Origin: Girardia tigrina | Taxonomy: Eukaryota | Reading direction: 5' to 3' | NCBI GenBank assembly: GCA_001938485.1 | Contig: MQRK01245204.1 | Location: forward strand, 18,960-80,558 | Length of the DNA: 61,599 nucleotides | Part shown: one piece after another, positions 14,601 through 26,600 of the stretch | How the letters are laid out: each line of letters starts with the position of its first letter | Numbering within the stretch: the stretch's first letter is position 1 | Made by a program: the position numbers and the translations under genes | Notes under the pieces: generated by a model | Told to the model about the DNA's origin: nothing | Seen by the model: only the letters and a program-made list of their open reading frames with translations | Database searches by the model: none

Positions 14601-17600
14601 CAATTCATTACATCAGAACTGAAAAATATTTCTGCTGATCGATGGTCATCTGAGATAGGAAAACTGATACAATGCCTCTCTAATGTTATAAAGCAGAATG
14701 GTGATTATGAATGAATGTATTACACAGGGTTGTTTTTTTTACATTGCTCGTTAAAAATGATATTGACATGTCAAAAGTCTCTTTCTTTCTGGTATTAACT
14801 AATATATAAAAGCCCAGAGTTTGATCTGTGTAAAATAAATTAAGTCATTAACTTTCAAATCTTTTTCTTGAGTTTGCATGGCTTAATTTTTTTAATCAAT
14901 GCATAATTACTCCGGCTAATATGAAATTACAAGCCAAAAATAAGCAGCGTCTGCAAAACTGCTATATATATATTCAGATTTATCAGTGATGAATGAATGT
15001 TTTGTGAATGTTAGATTAACATTATTAACAATGAACTTAATTAAAGCATTTGAATCTATGATTACAGGATATGGTTTCTTACATCATCATCAGCAATTAT
15101 AAATTAATTAAAATTAATGATCAAAGATACAAAAAATAATATAATTTTAATTAATTAGTATAAATTTATAAAGATGTAAGAAAACATTGAAACATTTCCT
15201 ATGATCATATTTTTAAGTCATCTAATTTAAATATTGGTTTTATTATAAGAAAAATACCATTTGAATTCCGATTTCGTTTACGAATGTACTTGTAATAAGT
15301 GTACCGCCATATACATTGGAAATACTTCCAGTCATCTATGTTAACGAATCGAAGAGAAAAGATGATTGTTATTATTGTTATCTATTGTCTACTTAAATTA
15401 TTAAAAGTAATACAAGTTGAATAATTCCCTTAATTTTAAATGGTTTTAGAACTAATATCGAAGTTTATATCCCTCTCTTAATTTAAGGTTCATTTTTAAA
15501 CAAACATAATAGTATTAGCAAAGTATTTTATAAAATAAATAAATTACTCACATCATGGGATAAACAATCGCGCAGACACTCGGTACGGTTCGAGAACAGA
15601 CGAAATCAAAATCGAGCATACTTTGAACTGCTCTGTTTTGCATGCCCCAAACAACTGCTTTTGTGGACTTGTTAAATGAAAATAATTCAGATGAAAATTT
15701 AACTGATTCGCTGTCCATTATTTCCTAGTAAATACCAAATTATCAAATAAAAAATAGTTCAAATGTCCCACAAAATTACAGCTTCAAAATATCCCATTAT
15801 AAATCTGCCAATAAAAAACAAATAAACCGCTTTACTTAGTGTTATTAAAGCAAAACATTTTCATGAAAAGAACGGGAATTTATACAAAATTATTATTAAA
15901 GCAAAACTTTTTCATGAAAAGAAAGGGAATTTATACAGCCCAACATAATATACTTTAACAGGTATATGGTATACGAGAAATGGAGGAGATATATAATCTA
16001 ATCACTTTCATTATATGCTTTATAAGAAATAACTTGTTCAAATATAAATAACTGTTATATTTTTATTGTTTTATTCGTAAAAAAGTATTTTAAATAGACT
16101 TAGGTTATTAATAAACTTTATTAATAAACATTATTTTGCATTAATTACACCTGGAATAATCTCTCGGTCTCATTCCTTTCACTTATTTTCTACCATATCA
16201 AACTTTTCTGTTGTTCAAATTATTACAAAAAAATAATATTCATTAGCATTTATAATAATAATTTTAATCAATTATTTTAAAGAAATATAATATCAGGTAT
16301 AAAACGTTAAATATTAGGTTGCCGTATAAGTTTCTTCCGCGTCACGCTATTAATGACTCTAACTGACTATTTTTATATAAACATACATGCTTATCCCTTA
16401 GCCATTTACGACATCGGTTTCAGTCTTCCCAGAGCCCTTTCAAGTACGTTTCGTTGGTAACAAAGTCTCTTAAATTTTTTTCTACATCGTTCAAAATGGA
16501 GAGTCAAAAGAAGCTTTGCAGTATGTTATGCTTTAAAAAAGGCAAGCACAAAGGAAACTGGATGTGAAATTTGCACCGTTTACGGTAGTGGTGCTAGGAA
16601 TATTATACGTCATAATTTATTACCGTTCAAAATTGGTTTAAGAAATTTAGAGCTAGCAATTTCCAGTTGAAAGGTGAAGACCGCAACAGCCACCCAGCAA
16701 CGACGAATAATGATATTATCAACACTCTATTAACTGAAAATCCGCTGTAATGTACTTGTTTCTAATATTCTCAAAACAACGGTTCATAAGCATTTCATCA
16801 AGATGTGATATTAGAATCGATTTGAAGTTTGGATTCCACGCCTATTGACGGAGACCGGCATAATGAACCACATCTCTAATTGTGATTTGCTTCTTCAACG
16901 ACAAAAAAGAAATCATTTTTTAAAAGATTTATTACTGGAGACGATACATGAATTTTTTATTAAAATGTGCATTGAAAATGCACTTGACATAAAGAAAATA
17001 GAGCTTCAACTGTTACGAAGCCTGAGCTTCAACCGAAGAATATTCTTCTGTATATTTGGAGGTGCTGTCACTGTGTAGTGTACTACGACCTCCTTCTGCA
17101 AAATGATATGATCAAAGCTGGTAAATATTGCAATCAACTGGATCAACTAAAAGCTATCATAATAGAAAAACTGTCAGTATTGGCAAAATCGACGTGGTTT
17201 CGTAATCCATAACAGTACAAGGCCGCATGCTGCTTTGATCGTAAGGCAAAAATTATTAAATTTTGATTACGATATTCTACCTTATCCTCCGTGCTCCCCA
17301 GACCTTGCTCTATTTGATTATTACTTGTTCCTCTCTTTAAAACATTTTCTCCGTGCTAAATCTTTCAAATCCATAAGCGAAATTGTATAAACACCTTTCT
17401 GTATAAGTTATTTTTTTATATTGTTCGCAAATGATCTATAAATTCTTCTTTCTTACCTTTCTTCCTCAACCGGAGTTTGACGTTAATCGAAGGTGCTAAA
17501 TTTCTTTTCTTACTTTATTTTTTGTGTTTATTGTTGTCTGATAAATTATTATTCCTGTGTGTGTTATTTTTTCGTGTACATTTTTTCGGACTGTGTAATG

Positions 17601-20600
17601 TTAATTTTGTGTTATGAAATGAAAGAATGTAAAATGAAAGAATTACGTCAGATTAAAAGATTCATGGGATTTTTTTACCCCCTCCTTGTCATCATCCTAT
17701 GTAATTATAATATAAAATTTCCATCGAGATATGGAGTTATGTTAAATATCAAATAAAAAAATCGATCATCGAAATTTCGAAGAAGAGGGTAATTACAAGG
17801 AATTATTGGTGTTTTGTGACTAACCGCGTTCACATTCCCGTTTCAGTCGTTCTGTGGATTCCTGATTTAATTAGAAGATTATCCAAGTGATTTTGTTATA
17901 CGGTTACGTTCTTTATCTGGTTATCATTCAATAACATTGTTACCATATCTGATTATTAATACGACATTCTTCTATTTTTGACGGTTATTATTTGTTTTCT
18001 TAACATATTTTCTGTGTCGTGTTTGACAATACAACGAATACTAATTTTGTGCCGTCAGATAACAAATTCAGGTTCGAATCTATAGATCAGTCCCGGTTCA
18101 GCGTAAATTATTAAGGGGAAAAGTTCCATCAATAAATTCGTATACATATAAGCAATACAAGTTAAGAGAATCATTTGTATCTAGATCTTTTTCGTACTTT
18201 TACAGAAATAAAAACACACTTAGATGAACATTACGAAAGTAAGCCTCAACAATTTTTGGAAAGATGGCATAATGAGGTTTCATGAGAGATGGAGGAAGGT
18301 TATAGAACAGAACAGTTCATATATAACATAATGAATCAACCTTAAACAAAAAATACCGTTCATACATTTAGAAACTCAAAGAAGGAAGAGACTTATTGGA
18401 CACCCCGATATATCAGAGTTATAATTTTAAAAAAATTTAATTGTTCTTAAAAATATTTTTGAATTTTTCATTAATGATATTACTAAATGACAATAAATAC
18501 TTACTTGCCGATTTTAATTTCTAGTGTAACTAAAAAAATCCTCTTTTGAAAGAGACTTTAAAATTAAAGAATTATTGGATTAAATACAAATTCAGTCACA
18601 GAAACGTAATTTGTTTTGGTTACAAATAAGAGAAAGGAAACTAATCTTTTTAGAAATAAATTTATTGCAATGAAGACAATGAGATATTTGATATTTATGG
18701 GAAATAATTTCAAAAAATTTATAATTATTACTATTTGATTAGTTAATATTTTATCTAATTAGAAATTAAATTTCGATTTCATGTCGATGATAAACATTAT
18801 CAAACGAAAATGTGAACACAAAATTAACATTGAAAGGAGTAACATTCATAGAAACAAATCTGAACAAAAAGTATCTACTGAAAGTAATTAGAAATTAGAT
18901 ACTGTTCTGGTGAATCTGCTTTGATCTGAATAATTCAACTAGTAAATCACAAAATTAAATTTTTTATATCCTTTCTTTATGCAGACAAAACTCTACTTTG
19001 CCAACAAAATTTTTAAAATTTAAATAATTTAAAAATTTTAATTAAAAAAATACAAAAAAAATTAATATAAACTACTTATAATTTATAAAGTCATATCTTG
19101 CAATTAATATTTTTCGATAACTCCGAATTTTCCGTTTTTTCCCATTTTAAGATCTTAAAAAGTTTTTTTCGATCAAATTTTTAAATGATCATTTATTGTC
19201 ATTAAGAATGAGTAAGTGTGCAAAGTTTGGAGAAAATTGGTTGAGTAGAAGGCCTTCAAAAACAGGTTTCTAAATTCCATGGATACATATCTATACCTAT
19301 ATAGAAAGTAAGTTAATAAAAAGAATGGAGAAATAGTTTACAAAGAATCATTTGATAGTTGGCATTTCTAAATAAACTTATTAAATTAAAAGTTCTGCAT
19401 CAAAACTTTGGCAAAAGATTTTAGATAAAGATGGTGATTATATAAGTGATTAGATAAAGATTATGTAATTGATTACATAAAGAATAAAGGCACTACAGTA
19501 ATTTAATTGATAATTTTGGGCACTCCTAACCTATATAGTGTGTTGACTAATACCGTTTCAGGAAGTGATATATTTTATTTATCGATAGTATCGACTTTTA
19601 ATAAATATACTGTTTGGTTTAAGTGTGTTACTAAGATAATAAAGAAATTCAAATCGAATTTCTTTTATACATTATACCTAATAACTCATTTTGGGAAGGA
19701 TTCAGATCCACTATTCTAGCAAATCATTGTGAAATAGAAGATGGTGAATCACTCGCATAATGGAATCAAATAACGCCCATAAGGTTTCATTGGTGTGATT
19801 ACAAGTGTATATTTTACAGAGGTAGGAATTTTTGAAAGCAAAATGACGCTGGAAAAAGATGAATTCGGTATTTAAACCCGATAATACGAAAGAACTGTTG
19901 TGCCACATAAGTAGAGATGAAGGAATGGTTGTAAGAGTTTTGCAAGAAAATGCATAAGATCAAGGAGTTTTATATGGTCGCGAGTCAAAGGGTTTTACGA
20001 AACCCCACGGCGAAGTTAATGTAAAGGTTAATTTCGGTGAGCTGTGATGTGCACTTGTCCATTTTTCCCGGACGAGTGCAACATCTACCTATCTGAAGGT
20101 ATTCGCATCTGGGCGGAGTTTGAGCGATCGTGCAAAGATCCGAAAGATAGTTAACTATGCTTGTGCAGGTTGAAATCAGAGAAAACTCTGATGGAGGACC
20201 GCCGCGGTTCTGACGCGCAAATCGATCGTCGGACATGAGTATAGGATAGAAAGACCATCTAGTACCTGGTTCCTTCCGAATTTTCCATCAGGATAGCTAC
20301 GTTTATGTTTCCGTAGTTGAACCTGGTAAAGCGAATGATTAGAACTATTGGGGGCGAAATGCTCTCGACTTATTCTCAAACTTTAAATGGCTTCGAAGTG
20401 CGCCTCTCTTTAATATTTTTTTGGAGGTGTACATCCAATATGTACGTCATTACTAAGCAGACAGTGAAATAACCCATTTCTTACCGAATTAGCACAAAAG
20501 AGAAATGGATTAAATAAACCAATTTAAACGGTTTATAAAATAACTGTCCCTCAATACGACCTGTAATATCTTTAAACGATATTAGTTAGTTGATCATTTA

Positions 20601-23600
20601 ATTTGAGATTGTCAATTTTAATATGGAATTTGTTATAAGTTGTTGAAACTTTGTTATTAACTGAAAGTGACTGTAGTTAACACGCTATATACACACAGAT
20701 AAATACATATACGCATAAGATATTCTTCTCGATAAAGTTGTGCAAGCCATAAGTATAAAAACTCAAAATGCATGATAAATAAAACTACAGCAAAATAATA
20801 TAAAAAAGTAAAATAAATTCAATTGTGACATTCAAAAAGTAAAATAAATAAAATAAACATGCATAAAGAAAAACACTAAAACTAACTCTTTTGGGGCAAT
20901 GTTTACTGGACTGAATTATAGTATTAATAATAATCATTTTGAATATTGTACTTATAAGAAATGATAATAAATAATCGATTGAGAATAATTACCAGACATT
21001 GATTATGATTAATGTTTACCTTTGTATCGGATTGATCATTTTTATTCATCAAAAGAAAATTCGCCGTAGACAAATGGCCAGGAGCATTCTTTTCAGGGAT
21101 TTGCTTTTTATGGAGAGCCATTGCCACTATTGAGGTCATATGCGTCTCCGGACCGAATACGTGCATAGGTACTCCAAGAAATTCGCCTGATAATTTCGAC
21201 GTTTTTACATTAATCTATGTCGTGAAATTACCCAATTCTCGCATGATTCTCAATCCTTCCTGATAGTTCGGCCCAGCTCGCCTGACAAATATTGAAACAT
21301 TGTGCTCTTGGAGTAATTTCTGATATTCTTTCAGTGCTTTTACGATGCCTTTAAATGTGGCGGCGACATTTGTAAAATTAGCAATTCCGCCACCGATTAG
21401 TAGAACTTTTCCTTTAAAATAATTCAATTTTATTGAATTTTCTATCTCTTTTAATTAAAAGTCATTAGAAACTATGGATGTACCGGTTTCCTTTTTTGAA
21501 ATCCATTCAGTTTTGCAAAAATTGAATAGTTGAACATTTAAAGCAAATTATAATTAAATACAATTACGATATACAAAATATAATGATGGTGAGAAACGTA
21601 TTAAATCTAAAAAATCGATAGGCTAAAAAGAAGCTGGTTTCAAAATTTTACTTTAACAGTTCGTCAATCAAGCAAAATTTGAAAAGGATGAGTTTTGCTG
21701 CATTTTCTGGAAAAAGTCGAGATCGTTGTATATGTGCTAAACACTGTTTGTTGAACTGTGGTATGTGTTTTGTCATTAGTAATAGTAGATAAATATTGTT
21801 AATTTTCCAGGGCAAAGATGTGCCAAAATCATTTGCATTGTATCCTGATTGTCGAAGAGCGATGTTGGGGTACATACTTTACAGATTGCGAAATGAATCT
21901 CGGTAGGCTGTATATCAAAAACATTTCCACATTGGACTAGTCTTTCTCTTTGGTGAATTCATATTAATTACTGGTGGGAAACTGTTATGGGTCCTCATCA
22001 ATTTAAGAACATAAATGCATGAAGAAAATTGAATTATTAGTAAAACACCCGAAAGTTTATCGAAGGAATAAAAATGAAGCAAAAAATGATAATTTATTTG
22101 AGATGTGGCACCATTAAATGAAAGAAAATATGTTGAAGTAGATCCTTCGATCGGTATGTTTAAACAATTCAAAATCTAACAAAAAAATTTCCTTTATACT
22201 TCATAATATATTATAAATATATTATGAGGGGCTAGTTTAAATTTTGCATTTCACCAAAATAGTTTATTTTATTTAATTTGAAAATTTAAAAAAAGTAAAT
22301 TAAAAAATTAAAATGAAAAATAAGATATCATAAAAATTAAATACTTATTTAAAATATGCTTGCAGTCATAACAATTGATATATTTTAAAATTTATGAAAT
22401 AAGTTTCAATAAATTTTAAAATAGATAATTAGATTAATATTTTAAGAAATAAATTTTTAATAAAAGGCTTATAGTAAATTTAGTTTTTATGAAAAAGTTT
22501 TTTAAAATGTAAGAGTTATTTTAAAGTTTAAAATTTAGCAAATTTTCAAAATTTAATCGAAAAAATTTAATAGATTAATTTTGGGCGAAATAATTGAAAT
22601 AACAAGAAATTTGTTTAAATATGTGAATTGTTGATATTAATAAATGTTGTGGTGTTAAATTATGAGTTCTGAATTTGATAATAATGAAAGTGGCATAAAC
22701 GCTACTTACATATATATTGAGTTGGGGAAAAAGTTATCCATTATTTTAATTCATTATTTATCGATCAAACAATTTTAAATTTATGCTCTTTGTCAAGGTA
22801 ACATTTCACAGTAATTTCACAAAAATATTTTTGCTTTTTTTTATTCAGTTCTGAGTTACAGGGTGTTAAAAATGCAAGTCAACAAAGAAAAAATTCGTAC
22901 ATTTTACAGTTTTTATTCGATAAAGGTGAAAATGCAAGCCAGGCGGCTGTTATTATGAATGGTGTTTATGATGCCAATACTGTAACAGCTAATGACACGC
23001 AATTTTGGTTTTGTCGATTCCATGGAGGCATTTTTGATGTTACAGATGAACCTCGGACAGGCAGGCCTATCGTTGAAAATATCGATAAAATCTCGGCATG
23101 ATCGAAGTTGACCGGCATGTTAGTAGTCGTAGCATCGCACAGGAGCTGAAGATCGACTACAAAACGGTTTTAAACCATTTAGGCAAAGCAGGATTCAAAA
23201 AGAAACTGATATGTTTGGGTTCCACAACAATTAACACCAAAAAACATAATGGGTCGAATTTCCATCTGCGAACCCTTGGCCAAACGAAATGAAATCGACC
23301 TATTTCTTAAACGGATGGTTACTGTGGATGAAAAATGGGTCACATACGACAATATTGTACGAAAACGATCGTGGTCAAAGCACGGTGAAGCACCTCAAAC
23401 GGTTGCCAAACCAGGACTAACGGCCAGGAAGGTTCTACTGTGTATTTGGTGGGACTGTAAAGGAATCATTTATTATGAACTGCTTCCATATGGTCAAACA
23501 CTTAATTCAGATCTGTACTGTCAACAACTGGACCGTCTGAAGATAGCAATTGATGAGAAACGACCAGAATTGACCAACAGAAGAGATGTTGTGTTCCATT

Positions 23601-26600
23601 ACGACAACGCCAGACCACATACGTCTGTAGTGACTCGCCAGAAACTCAGGGAGCTTGGTTGGGAAGTTTTAATGCATCCACCATATAGTCCGGACCTGGC
23701 ACCAAGCGATTACCACCTTTTTCTCGCATTGCAAAATTTCCTGAGTGATAAGAAATTGGGATCAATAGAAGATTGTGAAAATCGATTACTACAGTCTTTC
23801 ACCAATAAGGACCAAGACTTCTACGAGAGAGGCATTATGAAGCTACCTTCAAAATGGCAACTAATTATACAACAAAACGGTGCATATGTGACTCCAAGAG
23901 GACAATCTGAAACATGTTAAATAAAGTTTTGAATTTCACGCCAAAATAATGGATTTCTTTTTCCCCACCCTAATATTTACAAATTTTAACTTTTTTTCAT
24001 TTAATTAATGTAATTAGAAGTTTACATAATTGTTAAATAATCGTATAAAACGATTTACTTTTATGGAAAATAATTTATTTTATAACATAAAATGTATTCA
24101 AAATGGTATCAAAATTACTGTAAGATGTTGCTTCATAATAAAATCGGTAGAACTGCATTTTTAAACGCATCATTTTTCAGATCTCATTTAACATCACTTG
24201 TCTTTTTACAAGTGCTTTATTTATGAGTTTCTAATTTTTGTAAACATTGAACAAAAAAACCGGCATCAAAATCGGTAGAAGTTTACCGGAGTTGAAAAAA
24301 TCGCCGGATAGCCGGAGCTGAAAACCGGTACATCCCTATTAGAAAATATTGTTATTTGAGAAAAGTCAATTCCGACGTTAATGTTTAAAATAATGAAATT
24401 AGATTGTAATGAAAGTCAGCAAATTTAAAACAGGAATTTCAGTCACAATTATGAAATATTTAAAGTCTTTACCGTCTTCGTGGTGATGCCTCGTCATTAG
24501 GGAAAGAATTGTTCTTGCGTATTCATAAGTTTGCTGTTCCGATGGAGCTCCGGAATATTCCCCATAATTGGCAAGCTCATCCTTCTTACCATAATCACAA
24601 ATTGTATCAGCAAAGATAACTGAAGCCCCTCCTCCGGCAACCATCGTCCAAATACGACCTTTTGGGTTGATGATAGTTAATTTCAACGATGCACCGGATT
24701 TGGAATCCAATTCTTGAATATATGATTCCTATGGAATTATAACCATTGGTCTTTGATTTTATATCAACACAAACTTCAGGATAAGCATCTCGACCAAACC
24801 CAGCTGGAAATTCCAAATCTTTCCAACTATTTTTACAAATATATTCGGCAGTTTGATCGATTTTAGCGGCAAGATCCAATATGTAAATACCGTAACTATT
24901 TCCCGTTTCGTTTGCTTTCACAACCAATGGATTTATTTCCAAATAAGTGAAATATTGATTTTTGTACACATTATATAAATTACGAATAAATCCACTAACG
25001 ACTCTAAACAAAATGTTACGGTTTTCATTTCATTGTTTTTTATCTTGATAAATAATTGACGTCATATTTCAAGAGTGAACAAGTTTGATTTTGATTATCT
25101 CTTATGTGAAATTATGATTTTTTTTCACTTTTCATTAATAATTTATATCAAAATTTATTTAACTAAAATAAATTTAATTTAATTTTCTTTATTAAATTTA
25201 TTTGTCATTTCCTATGAAAACTAGTTAAATTGATTATAAATTATATTCAATCAAAATATTATGGATACTTTTTATTTATTCGGTGTATGAATGAAAATAT
25301 TTTTATGTATGATTTTTCGAAAAAAATATTAAAAAAACAATAATAGCTGATAATAATGATGTAAGAAATAATGTAATGATACAAGTGTCCTTTTATCATA
25401 TTTGATAAAATCACATTAAATTATTCATCAATAATATCAAATTAGCATTCAAAATTAGGTATGAATAAATGCAGAAGGTAAATGAATTAATTCGGAAGAT
25501 AAATAAATGATTCCAGAAGATAAATCTAATTAGTATTGGGTATGAATAATTGGCAGCTGTCTATGTAGAAATTTGTCATTTTTTTATTTGAGATGCCTTT
25601 TGAAAGTCCACAAATATGGACTCAATCTTCTATCTTAACCGGTATTCCACGATTATTTAGCTTCACATGCTGATTGTAGTTTGTTTGTGATCGATACACT
25701 GACACGTCTTCTTTGTCGTGGTGATTAATCATGACCATTTGGCGGTGCATCCACACGAAGCTTTGAATTTATATTGCTTCATTCCTTCAGTTTGGTAGTC
25801 TCGTAGACCTCATTTAATCCATGAATTGTCTTGCACTGCATATTCTTTTGCATCGTCTGTATCACAAAATGTATTTATCTTTTCGTTCGTTAGATTTTTT
25901 CACGCTTATTGTTGAATTCTCTCTTGGAGTTTTATCTTCAAATAGGTGTTTTCAAGAAAAAAGGTGTTTTATCTTCAAATAAAGTCATAAGGAAGTTTTT
26001 GACTTTCACGGAAACAATTTTTTGCCATTCAAATTATTTTAAAGAGAACGAAAAAATATGAAAGATGGTGGATACAGGAGGATTTTCCGTTTTACCTCCC
26101 TTAGTTTTTGCATTATCATTATCGTGGTGAAAGATAATACCTTTTGATTAACCAGACTTGGACGTTTTGCTTAGACGTTTCCATATTGTGCTTGGTGAGT
26201 TTCTCATAGTACTTCTCCGCAGTTATTGTTTTTTCACGTGGAAGAAGTTCAAAATAAATTATTCCTCTACGATCCCACCAGACACAACAAAATTTTCATA
26301 GGACGCAATTCAGTTTTTGCCAAAGATTATGCCTGTTCACTCCCATTAAACGTATTTAATTTTTTTGTAGCAGTTCCAAAAATCAGTACTTTTTAAAATT
26401 CATATAACATGACGCAAATGTAACTTATCCTTATTCATTTAGAATATTAATCCTGCTCAAAAAGTAATTCAAATTAACTTTATTTTTAAGGTTATGTTGA
26501 CTCACTGCATCTGTAGATTACTGTTAGTAAATCACATAATCATATAATAAAAGCAACACTGTCCAAAGTGCATGCTTCTGTTTTCTATGAATATCGGACA

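Noticed and set aside
19985-20379. Minus-strand ORFs of 83 and 67 aa
   Set aside because: Spurious translations of the antisense 28S sequence.
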